Of a stretch of DNA of 24,000 bases, positions 9,818 through 20,443 are shown piece by piece. Below the pieces are notes generated by a model. The model saw only the letters and a program-made list of their open reading frames with translations, was not told the DNA's origin and made no database searches. The stretch is from Caviibacterium pharyngocola. GTDB lineage: Bacteria > Pseudomonadota > Gammaproteobacteria > Enterobacterales > Pasteurellaceae. The stretch is from the NCBI RefSeq assembly GCF_002795405.1, contig NZ_PHGZ01000013.1, positions 289,988 through 313,987 of the forward strand. Reading direction: 5' to 3'. Made by a program: the position numbers and the translations under genes. Numbering within the stretch: position 1 is the first letter of the stretch; every line of letters starts with the position of its first letter.

Positions 9818-10972
9818 TTAAATAACTCTCACCCCGTCACTTGCAGAACAAAGGTAAAAACTTTCTTTAATACCTGTTTGTTTTTGGTAGTTTTCCGCAA
9901 TGAGTTTACGCAACTCTTCCACTTTGTCATTTGGCACTAAGCAGACAATACAGCCACCAAAGCCGCCGCCAGTCATTCTCGCACCGCCATTTTTGCCGAT
10001 AGCAACTTGTGCGAGTTCGACTAAATAATCAATTTCCGGAATGGTAATTTCAAAATCATCACGCATTGAATCGTGCGATTCGCCCATTAACACGCCTAAT
10101 TTTTGCATATCGCCGGCTTTAAGTGCTTCCACCGCTTCCAGTACGCGATGGTTTTCGCTGATGACGTGTTTCGCACGTTTATAGGCGAGTTCATTGGCTT
10201 GTTGTAACTCTTCCGCACGCTCAATAAATTGCTCCGGAGTAACATCACGCAATGCTTTTACACCAAAGAATCCTGCTGCAAATTCGCATTCTTGGCGGCG
10301 GCTGTTGTATTCGCCTGTCACTAAATCGTGCTTCACATTGGAATTGATGATTGCAATCGAATAGCCTTGTGGCACAGGCGTTGGTTCGATCTCAAGGCTA
10401 CGGCAGTCAATACGCACTAAGTGATCTTTCTGCCCTAATGCAGAAGTGAGTTGATCCATATTGCCGCAGTTCGCACCGACAAATTTATTTTCTGCACGTT
10501 GCCCGATTAACGCAATTTCAGCAAGGGAAAGTGGTAAATCGCCTAACACTTGGCAAGTTTTACCAATCGAAATTTCAAGTGCTGCAGATGAGCTTAAGCC
10601 TGATGACATTGGCACATCGCTGGTCATTGCAATATCAACCCCTTGCACAAATTCAGGGCATTTTTCTTGCACATATTTCACCACGCCACGCACATAGTTT
10701 TTCCATTTGTCTTCGCTTTGTGGGATTTCTTTTTTGACGTCAAACGCATCAGTTTGGTTAATATCAATCGCAAATACTCGCCAAATGCTGTCGTCTCGTT
10801 TGGTAAAACTCACCGCCATTCCGTAGTTAATCGCACACGGCATTACAAAGCCGTCATTGTAGTCAGTATGTTCGCCAATGATATTGACACGCCCCGGTGC
10901 GAAAACGGTTTGTTGTGGTTTATAGCCAAAATGTTGTTCAAATTGTTGTTGGGAAAGTTCGATTGGGGTCAT
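9818..10972 (-). CDS. galK: Galactokinase
   Basis: 384 aa with the GHMP kinase motifs [15 protein letters not shown] and [15 protein letters not shown] aaggaag lies upstream of the ATG. Confidence 0.96.
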   Translation of the reverse strand: MTPIELSQQQFEQHFGYKPQQTVFAPGRVNIIGEHTDYNDGFVMPCAINYGMAVSFTKRDDSIWRVFAIDINQTDAFDVKKEIPQSEDKWKNYVRGVVKYVQEKCPEFVQGVDIAMTSDVPMSSGLSSSAALEISIGKTCQVLGDLPLSLAEIALIGQRAENKFVGANCGNMDQLTSALGQKDHLVRIDCRSLEIEPTPVPQGYSIAIINSNVKHDLVTGEYNSRRQECEFAAGFFGVKALRDVTPEQFIERAEELQQANELAYKRAKHVISENHRVLEAVEALKAGDMQKLGVLMGESHDSMRDDFEITIPEIDYLVELAQVAIGKNGGARMTGGGFGGCIVCLVPNDKVEELRKLIAENYQKQTGIKESFYLCSASDGVRVI

Positions 10973-11004
10973 AGTGTATCTTCCTTTTGCTTCTATTTAA
11001 TTTG

Positions 11005-11203
11005 CCCTCTCTCTGCTAAAAATTGCCTTCGCAATTTTTAGCTGTCTCTCTCCCACTTGTGGGAGAGAGTGATTTTACCCTCGCCCGCTTGCGGGACAAA
11101 CGCTTGCGTTTGAACGTTGGCTTTGCCAACGGCTCCAAAGGAGCGAGCGAAGCGAGTATTGGGACAGATAAAAATTCGTTCAGAATTTTTATCAGGGAGA
11201 GGG
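11005..11203. repeat. About 200 bp MITE/REP-like element made of eight consecutive short hairpins, bounded by imperfect terminal inverted repeats. It is inserted between galT and galK.
   Basis: TIRs: 11005-11024 ccctctctctgctaaaaatt matches the reverse complement of 11184-11203 (ccctctccctgataaaaatt) at 18/20. Hairpins: 11015-11042 (12 bp stem, loop CTTC); 11046-11069 (10 bp, CTTG); 11084-11095 (4 bp, CTTG); 11097-11112 (6 bp, CTTG); 11115-11131 (7 bp, TTT); 11132-11144 (5 bp, AAA); GCGAAGC at 11147-11153; 11167-11193 (11 bp, GTTCA). Confidence 0.75.
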
Positions 11204-12259
11204 TTAGCGTTGCTTATAATGCACATCTGCACTTACTGCATTTAATTTTTCCGCGGCTTGTTCAGGGGTCAAATCGCGTTGTGCCTCGGCAAGCATTTCA
11301 TAGCCGACCATAAATTTTCGCACCGTTGCTGAACGTAATAACGGCGGGTAGAAATAGGCGTGTAGCTGCCAATGCTCAATATCACGTCCATCTTTAAAGA
11401 ACGGGGCGAAATGCCAGCCCATTGAGTAAGGAAAAGAGGCTTCAAACAGATTGTCGTAACGGCAAGTGAGCTGTTTAATCGCCACCGCTAAATCATCTTT
11501 TTCTGCCTCAGTCAACTCATTCATTCGGCGAATATGGCGTTGTTTCGGCATTAAAATCGTTTCGAATGGCCACGCCGCCCAATATGGCACAACCGCCAGC
11601 CAATGCTCTGTTTCCACCACGGTTCTGGTGCCGTCTTTCTGTTCTGCTTGAGCGTAGTCTAAAAGTAGGTTTGTGCCGTGATGATCGTAATAATTTTTGA
11701 GATTTTTATCTTTGGTCGCAATTTCATTCGGCAGAAAGGAATTTGCCCAAATTTGACCGTGCGGATGCGGCTGAGAACAGCCCATCATTGCCCCTTTATT
11801 TTCAAAGGCTTGCACCCAAAGGTAAGTTTCGCTTAATTCGTTGATTTGCTCGTTCCACGTATCCACCACGCCGCGAATTTTCTCAACAGGTAGTTCAGGC
11901 AAGGTTTTGCTGTGATCAGGCGAGAAGCAGATCACACGCGCCAAACCACGAACGCCCATAATTTTAAATAGCGGATTGTTCGATTCAGGAGCGTCTGGCG
12001 TATCTTGCATTAGGGCAGCAAAGTCGTTGGCGAAAACGTAAGTGCCTTTGTAGTCAGGATTTACATCGCCTGAAACGCGGGTGTTAGTCGGGCAGAGGAA
12101 ACATTTTTCATCATAGCTCGGCAGTTGTGCCACTTCGGCTTTATCCACCTGTCCGCTCCAAGGGCGTTTCGCACGGTGAGGGGAAACTAAAATCCATTCA
12201 TCTTTAAGGGGGTTGTAGCGACGATGCGGATGGTCGCTGATATTAAATTTTTCACTCAT
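11204..12259 (-). CDS. galT: Galactose-1-phosphate uridylyltransferase
   Basis: 351 aa with the active-site motif [11 protein letters not shown] (HPH). SD gagga lies upstream of the ATG at 12259. Confidence 0.96.
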   Translation of the reverse strand: MSEKFNISDHPHRRYNPLKDEWILVSPHRAKRPWSGQVDKAEVAQLPSYDEKCFLCPTNTRVSGDVNPDYKGTYVFANDFAALMQDTPDAPESNNPLFKIMGVRGLARVICFSPDHSKTLPELPVEKIRGVVDTWNEQINELSETYLWVQAFENKGAMMGCSQPHPHGQIWANSFLPNEIATKDKNLKNYYDHHGTNLLLDYAQAEQKDGTRTVVETEHWLAVVPYWAAWPFETILMPKQRHIRRMNELTEAEKDDLAVAIKQLTCRYDNLFEASFPYSMGWHFAPFFKDGRDIEHWQLHAYFYPPLLRSATVRKFMVGYEMLAEAQRDLTPEQAAEKLNAVSADVHYKQR

Positions 12260-12294
12260 TGGAGTATTCCTCGCAAATATTTTAAATCTCGTGG

Positions 12295-12337
12295 AGTATA
12301 GTAAATTTAGTCAAATCTGTGTGTGAAATGGATCACA
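12295..12337 (-). promoter_or_regulatory. Putative CRP-dependent (class-II-like) internal promoter for galT-galK
   Basis: A perfect CRP core TGTGAaatggaTCACA lies at 12322-12337. A -10-like TATACT on the minus strand lies at 12300-12295. If the TSS is about 7 nt downstream (about 12288), the CRP centre (12329.5) is near -41.5. Confidence 0.55.
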
Positions 12338-12360
12338 AATTTTGTGGAGTTGAATATCAC

Positions 12361-12421
12361 GATGGCGCTCGACTATGTCGAGTGCCTACCTTTTCAGCAT
12401 CCGGAAGAGTCGGGCGCTATC
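12361..12421. repeat. Hairpin-containing intergenic element immediately 3' of the lacZ stop codon
   Basis: Strong hairpin at 12364-12386: ggcgctcgac-tat-gtcgagtgcc, 10 bp with one G.T pair. An alternative outer pairing is gatggcgc (12361-12368) with gcgctatc (12414-12421). It shares the cgac-NNN-gtcg core with the hairpin at 19284-19300. Confidence 0.5.
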
Positions 12422-12423
12422 AG

Positions 12424-15509
<3,086 letters not shown>

Positions 15510-15513
15510 CAAT

Positions 15514-17649
15514 TTAAACCCTTGTGAATTTCAACAACATCGCTGTTGCTGGGTCTAGGTTTGGAATGGCAAGCCCGATTTTTGCCAGCCATTCACCGTT
15601 AAGCACTAGTTTCTCGCCTTTGATTAAATTATTCAACCAGTTCGGCAATTTTTTCATTAAATGCCCGTGTTTGCCTTGTTTATAGGTTTCTGGAATATCG
15701 AGTAATTCCACCGCATAATCAGCATTGGCAAGGTATGGCACACGCAAGGTTTCTTGTTGTAGATAATCTAACATTGCAAGTTGATTGACTAAAACCACCG
15801 CTTGCGATTGGTCTTGCGCCACTACGCCGTTTACCAAAGATGCAGGATCTTTGCGGTCTAGGCGGAAGACATTTCCGCTGTGTAATAACGGGCGGATTTG
15901 TTTGTGTAACGCAATATATTTACTAAAGCCTTTGCGTTCTGCTTCGCCTTCTTTTACTGGGTCAAGCTCTACGCCCATATGCCCGAACAATGCGGTTAAA
16001 CCACGGAAATTCACGTCTAATTGACGATAAGTGGTGTGGCAATGTTTACCGCCGATATGTGCGCCCATCACTTCAGGCGGGTAGAAATAGCTGAACCCGC
16101 GTTGAATGGTTTGGCGTTCAAGAGCGTCGTTATCGTCCGATGTCCAAAAACGTTGCGAGCGTTTTAAAATTTCGTAATCGATACGTCCGCCACCTGACGA
16201 GCAAGCTTCAAATTCCACGTTCGGATATTTTTCGCAAAGCACATCGCATAGGCGGTAAAGGGCTTCGGTCTGTTTGGTAAGCGATGCTTGCCCGTTGTGT
16301 GCAGGTTGCACTAAACGGCGGTTCATATCCCATTTGATGTAGTCGATGTCGTGGTTGCCAAGTAGCCAATCCATACGCTCAACAAGGTAGTTGAACACGT
16401 CTTCATTGCATAAATCCAGTGCAAATTGGTTGCGCTCTTCAGGTTGATCATAGCCTTCTACTTGCAACATCCAATCCGGGTGTGCACGGTAGAGATTGCT
16501 GTTTTTATTCACCATTTCCAGCTCAACCCAAATACCAAATTCCATACCGAGCGATTTCACTTTATCGATAATCGGGGTTAAGCCGTTCGGGTATTTTTTC
16601 TCGTCTAAATACCAGTCGCCCAAGCCGCCGAAATCATCATCACGCCCGATAAACCAACCGTCATCAATGATAAAACGCTCCACGCCCATTTCTGCCGATT
16701 TTTCTGCCATTGCGATAATGTGATCCGGTTTGTGATCAAAATAAACGCCTTCCCAAATATTTAAATGCACCGGGCGGGTGTGGTGTTTCGGGAAGCGAAC
16801 CAAATTTTCGCGCACATAAGCATGGAATTGTTGGCTCATTTCATTCATACCGTTTTCGGCAAAAGTGGTGTAAACCCAAGGGGTTGCGACTTCTTCATTT
16901 TGTTCGATTTGAATTTCGCCCGGGAAGTAAAGGGCTTCAAGTTGCACGGTACGGCGACCACGAATATCGATATCGGCACGAATACGATGGTTTCCGCTCC
17001 ACGCTAAATGGAAGCCCCATACGCTACCGCTTTGTTCTTTAAAGCCGTTTTCGCCTACAATAATTTGTGGCGGATATTCGTGAGAAGTACGTCCGACACG
17101 ATTTTCTTGAATAAATCCGCCGTGTTTAAGCGTTTGGCGGTTTGGTTGGAATTCACGCACCCAACGCCCGTAGAAACTGCAAACTTCATCGGCATATTCT
17201 GGTAACGGCATTGTTACCGCAAGACGATTTACCGTAAATGTGCCTTCGTTTAAATTGCGTAATTTATTGCGAGTCTTGAGTACGGAGGTGTTTTCGTCCA
17301 GCACAAATTCGCTGATAAATTCCAATCCTGCCAATTTATCAAGCATACTAATCAGCACATGGTTGCCGTTTTGTTGTACGCCGGTTTCATTAAATACCGG
17401 CGCCCAATTTTGCCCGTTGCGGTGTCCTTCCACGCTTGAGCTTTCAAAATAACCACGACCGTTTTCGCTTGCGAGCGAAACGTGTACAGGAATATCTAAA
17501 CCGCCGTTGGTTACGCCCATTTCTAAACTTTCGATATGCGCTGGGTTAAAACTGTTTAAATGCGCGCCCCAATAAGCAATGCGCGGGTTTTGGTCTGCAA
17601 TCACGATTAAATCATTTTTGTTGCTGGTTAAACGGATAACGTTAGTCAT
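15514..17649 (-). CDS. Alpha-galactosidase, glycoside hydrolase family 36 (RafA/AgaA-like)
   Basis: GH36 motifs are present: FIIDDGWF, YIKWDMNR, CSSGGGR and FWTSDDND. I prefer the ATG at 17649 (MTNVIRLTSN, 711 aa) because aagga lies 7-8 nt upstream. The track start at 17664 has no SD. Confidence 0.92.
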   Translation of the reverse strand: MTNVIRLTSNKNDLIVIADQNPRIAYWGAHLNSFNPAHIESLEMGVTNGGLDIPVHVSLASENGRGYFESSSVEGHRNGQNWAPVFNETGVQQNGNHVLISMLDKLAGLEFISEFVLDENTSVLKTRNKLRNLNEGTFTVNRLAVTMPLPEYADEVCSFYGRWVREFQPNRQTLKHGGFIQENRVGRTSHEYPPQIIVGENGFKEQSGSVWGFHLAWSGNHRIRADIDIRGRRTVQLEALYFPGEIQIEQNEEVATPWVYTTFAENGMNEMSQQFHAYVRENLVRFPKHHTRPVHLNIWEGVYFDHKPDHIIAMAEKSAEMGVERFIIDDGWFIGRDDDFGGLGDWYLDEKKYPNGLTPIIDKVKSLGMEFGIWVELEMVNKNSNLYRAHPDWMLQVEGYDQPEERNQFALDLCNEDVFNYLVERMDWLLGNHDIDYIKWDMNRRLVQPAHNGQASLTKQTEALYRLCDVLCEKYPNVEFEACSSGGGRIDYEILKRSQRFWTSDDNDALERQTIQRGFSYFYPPEVMGAHIGGKHCHTTYRQLDVNFRGLTALFGHMGVELDPVKEGEAERKGFSKYIALHKQIRPLLHSGNVFRLDRKDPASLVNGVVAQDQSQAVVLVNQLAMLDYLQQETLRVPYLANADYAVELLDIPETYKQGKHGHLMKKLPNWLNNLIKGEKLVLNGEWLAKIGLAIPNLDPATAMLLKFTRV

Positions 17650-17673
17650 AATCTTTTCCTTCATAAAATTTAA

Positions 17674-18960
17674 TTAGATACCACGCACATTGCGTTTTTG
17701 TAATTGATAGCGTTCGGCAATCGACATTTTGCCGGTTAAAGTGAAGACGGATAGCAAGGTAAAGCCAAGTGCGATACAGCCTAAGATAAAGTAGGTTTCT
17801 TGATAGCCGATTTTGTCGTACCAACTGCCCACGATAGATGAGGCAAGCATATTGCCCACTTGCTTGATGAACTGGCACGCCACCATATAAATGGTTGCTG
17901 AGAAATGCACTTCAAACACGTTAGCGATATATTTAAATAAGCCCACGAGATAGAACGGCACTTCGAACATATGTAGGGTTTTAAGTACTACCACGTGCCA
18001 CGCTTGGGTTGCGTAAGATGAGCCAATAATGCGGATACTCATAATAATGCCGGCAATTAACAACGCATTTTTTGCACCGATACGGTTAATTAAAAGTGGC
18101 ACGAAGAACATAATGGTCGCGTTGAGTAATTCGCCCATTGTGGTGACATAACCGAACATTTCGATACCTTGCTCTTTGCTGTCGAAGAAGGTGTTGAAGA
18201 AATTACCGAATTGTTGGTCGAAAATATCGTAAGTACAAGCCACACCGACAACATAAGCTAATAACGCCCAGAAACGTGGTAATTTAGCGAGAGCAAAGGC
18301 TTGTTTTAAACTTACTGGATTTTTGTTTCCGCCAAGTTGTGAAACCACACTAGCGGTCGAATTTTGCTCAGGTTTTGCAAGTGCGATTAACACAAATAAG
18401 ACAACTGATGCACCAGAGCCTAACCAGAATACAAGTTCAGGATCACGGCTATATAAAATCCCTGCAACAGAGGCACAGATAGCCCAACCAATCATTCCAA
18501 ACATACGGGCACGACCATATTCAAAATTGCTACGGCGACTTACGCGTTCAATATAAGCTTCTGAAGCCGGTGCACCACCTGAGAACACAAAGCCCATATA
18601 GATACCGCCAGCAATCGCACCTAGCCAAATATTAGTTTTAAGCAACGGTGCAAATACATAAATAAAGAATGGTGCGTAAAAAATGAGTGTGATAGCCACC
18701 GCCCAAAGTAGATGTTTCTTCACGCCTAATTTATCGGTGACATAACCGAAAATCGGTTGGAAGCAGAGGGCAAAAAACGACATTGAAGCAAACACAATGC
18801 CACGTTCTTCACCGCTTAAACCGTTAATATCCCCTAGCCAAATCCCTAAAAACGGATAGCAGGTTGCCATAATGAAAAAGTAAACAAAGAAATAGCCACT
18901 AAACACCAAATAATTACGGTTGGTTAGGTAGTAGGCTTGATTTTGTGCTTTTGCTTGCAT
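17674..18960 (-). CDS. Oligosaccharide:H+ symporter, MFS (LacY/RafB/MelY family galactoside permease)
   Basis: From the ATG at 18960 (SD gagg), 428 aa. It is collinear with E. coli LacY, for example GAPASEAYIERVSRRSNFEYGRARMFG, GELLNATIMFF and LKTLHMFEVPF (equivalents of H322/E325). The TTG start at 19011 in the track would read through an operator-like palindrome. Confidence 0.92.
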   Translation of the reverse strand: MQAKAQNQAYYLTNRNYLVFSGYFFVYFFIMATCYPFLGIWLGDINGLSGEERGIVFASMSFFALCFQPIFGYVTDKLGVKKHLLWAVAITLIFYAPFFIYVFAPLLKTNIWLGAIAGGIYMGFVFSGGAPASEAYIERVSRRSNFEYGRARMFGMIGWAICASVAGILYSRDPELVFWLGSGASVVLFVLIALAKPEQNSTASVVSQLGGNKNPVSLKQAFALAKLPRFWALLAYVVGVACTYDIFDQQFGNFFNTFFDSKEQGIEMFGYVTTMGELLNATIMFFVPLLINRIGAKNALLIAGIIMSIRIIGSSYATQAWHVVVLKTLHMFEVPFYLVGLFKYIANVFEVHFSATIYMVACQFIKQVGNMLASSIVGSWYDKIGYQETYFILGCIALGFTLLSVFTLTGKMSIAERYQLQKRNVRGI

Positions 18961-18995
18961 AAAAACCTCAAAGTCAACAGTAAGAAATTGAGCGA

Positions 18996-19011
18996 ATGTT
19001 AACGTTATCAA
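18996..19011. promoter_or_regulatory. LacI-family operator-like palindrome O1 (aTGTTAACGTTATCAa)
   Basis: Imperfect palindrome with a central CG. It shares the TGTTA / TAACA-type half-sites with 19058-19075 and 19161-19178. It overlaps the predicted TSS region of the permease operon, where the minus-strand -10 candidates are TATTAA (19019-19014) and TAAAAT (19016-19011). Confidence 0.5.
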
Positions 19012-19041
19012 TTTTAATAAACAAACGAAAAATGCTGAAAA

Positions 19042-19057
19042 TGTGAACTAAATCACA
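19042..19057. promoter_or_regulatory. CRP binding site 1 (TGTGAactaaaTCACA)
   Basis: Perfect match to both CRP half-sites with a 6 bp spacer. The centre (19049.5) is about 42-45 bp upstream of the TSS implied by the -10 candidates. Confidence 0.7.
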
Positions 19058-19075
19058 AATGTTAAGCTTAACATT
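19058..19075. promoter_or_regulatory. LacI-family operator-like palindrome O2 (AATGTTAAGCTTAACATT)
   Basis: 18 bp perfect palindrome directly abutting CRP site 1. Confidence 0.6.
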
Positions 19076-19082
19076 AAGGTTT

Positions 19083-19098
19083 TGTGAAGTGGATCACA
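19083..19098. promoter_or_regulatory. CRP binding site 2 (TGTGAagtggaTCACA)
   Basis: Perfect CRP half-sites, 41 bp centre-to-centre from site 1. It matches the galT-proximal site at 21 of 22 positions across the spacer and flank. Confidence 0.7.
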
Positions 19099-19125
19099 AA
19101 TTTTAGATTTGCAAACAGGAAAAGG

Positions 19126-19141
19126 TTGTTAATTTTAACAA
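19126..19141. promoter_or_regulatory. Additional palindrome TTGTTAAttTTAACAA (possible auxiliary operator)
   Basis: 7 bp perfect arms carrying the same GTTAA/TTAAC core as O1-O3, but with an AT-only centre. Confidence 0.3.
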
Positions 19142-19160
19142 GATCTCTACAATTTAATGG

Positions 19161-19178
19161 AATGTTAGCGATAACATT
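19161..19178. promoter_or_regulatory. LacI-family operator-like palindrome O3 (AATGTTAGCGATAACATT)
   Basis: 7 bp perfect arms AATGTTA/TAACATT around a central GCGA, the CG centre typical of LacI/GalR operators. Confidence 0.55.
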
Positions 19179-19221
19179 TGGGATGTTGATCTTTTATGGT
19201 TGTAATATATACATTTTTTAT

Positions 19222-19337
19222 CCGACAGCGACTTGCGGTCGCAATCGGTTAACCATAAGTTGGTGGCTTTGCCACCTTTAAAGGAGCGACAAAGTCGCTC
19301 ACTTATGATTAACCTAGTACAGCTTTGCCGTGCTAGG
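19222..19337. repeat. Nested multi-hairpin element upstream of the LacI-family regulator, related to the galT-galK element
   Basis: Hairpins: 19228-19242 (gcgac/gtcgc); 19262-19276 (ggtggc-ttt-gccacc); 19284-19300 (gagcgac-aaa-gtcgctc); 19313-19337 (cctagtacagc-ttt-gccgtgctagg, one mismatch and one G.T pair). A 14 bp outer stem (19247-19260 with 19301-14, one mismatch) encloses two of them. Blocks G(G/T)TGGCTTTGCCA(C/A)C and AAAGGAGCGA recur in the same order at 11116-11146. Confidence 0.65.
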
Positions 19338-19411
19338 CTGAAAAATGCAGTTATAGACTAAATCTTAAATTCAAAAACCTAGAATTTTATTGAAATTAAA
19401 TCAGAACAAAA

Positions 19412-20410
19412 ATGACCGCACTTAAAGACGTAGCCAAATTAGCGGGGGTTTCGTTGATGACCGTTTCGCGTGCCATCAACAACCCAGAACAGCTTTCGGA
19501 AAAAACCTACCAAAAGGTAAAACAAGCCATAGAACAGCTGAACTATGTGCCGGATATTTCTGCACAAAAAATGCGTGGCGTGGCAGGCAAAACCATTGGC
19601 GTGCTCTCACTCGGCACAGCGACAACGCCATTTTCCGTTGAGATTTTATTGGCGGTTGAACAAACCGTGCGTAAATATGGCTGGCAATCTTTTGTGATCA
19701 ATACCTTTGAAGAAGATCCCGATGAAGTGGAGCAAGCGGTTGATGCATTACTTTCTCATCGACCATCTGCGATTATTATTGCTCGTAACGGTTTAAGCAG
19801 AATTCGTATTCCGCCAAAACTCGCTCATTTTCCGATTGTGTTGGCAAATTGCATTACGGAAGATTTAAATGTGGCAAGCTATATTCCCAACGATTTTCAA
19901 GGGCAATTTAACTTAACACAGTTGTTGGTGGAGAAGGGTTATAAAAAACCGCTTTGCTTGTACATTCCTGAAAATGCGATTGCAGCTAAAGAACGTCAAA
20001 ACGGGTTTGAAAAGGCGTGGTTTGTGCAACCAAATTATGAAATGCCAGAGCAATTTTTTATGCCGAAAGATCTGCACGAATATACCTGCGGTGCCGATCC
20101 GCTGAAAAAATTGCTTGCCGAAAACCGGAAAAAATTGGATTACGACGTGATTGTATGCGGTAACGACCGTATTGCAATGCTTGCTTATCAGTTGCTGTTA
20201 AGCCACGGTTTTCGTATCCCTGAAGATGTTGCAGTAGTGGGCTATGATAATATGGTGGGCGTTGCCGAGCTGTTTTTGCCGCCATTAACCACGGTGCAGC
20301 TTCCGCATTATGAAATGGGAGAACAAGCGGCGTTACATTTGATTGAAGACAGAACGGCTAAGGGCAAACAATATGTGGATTGCCCACTAGTTGTGCGGGC
20401 ATCCTGTTAA
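19412..20410 (+). CDS. LacI/GalR-family transcriptional regulator
   Basis: 332 aa. It has an N-terminal HTH (MTALKDVAKLAGVSLMTVSRAINNPEQLSEKTYQKVKQAIEQLNYVPD) plus a periplasmic-binding-protein-like sugar domain. It is divergent from the galactoside operon. The effector cannot be told from the sequence. Confidence 0.9.
   Translation: MTALKDVAKLAGVSLMTVSRAINNPEQLSEKTYQKVKQAIEQLNYVPDISAQKMRGVAGKTIGVLSLGTATTPFSVEILLAVEQTVRKYGWQSFVINTFEEDPDEVEQAVDALLSHRPSAIIIARNGLSRIRIPPKLAHFPIVLANCITEDLNVASYIPNDFQGQFNLTQLLVEKGYKKPLCLYIPENAIAAKERQNGFEKAWFVQPNYEMPEQFFMPKDLHEYTCGADPLKKLLAENRKKLDYDVIVCGNDRIAMLAYQLLLSHGFRIPEDVAVVGYDNMVGVAELFLPPLTTVQLPHYEMGEQAALHLIEDRTAKGKQYVDCPLVVRASC
19415..19423 (-). repeat. Hin-type USS core (ACCGCACTT)
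   Basis: Exact 9-mer at codons 2-4 of the regulator. Confidence 0.8.
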
Positions 20411-20443
20411 ATGCAAAGGATTCGGCAAGAGAAAAGCCGGTTA

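Noticed and set aside
11023-11313. 96 aa (+) and 64 aa (11038-11232, -) ORFs across the galT-galK spacer
   Set aside because: Both are read-through of the palindromic hairpin array. Palindromes are open on both strands. There are no SD-start contexts, and the plus ORF continues antisense into galT.
19084-19281. 65 aa hydrophobic plus-strand ORF (GTG start) in the permease-regulator intergenic region
   Set aside because: It begins inside CRP box 2, reads through O3 and the hairpin element, and has no SD. A small membrane protein cannot be formally excluded, but nothing supports it.
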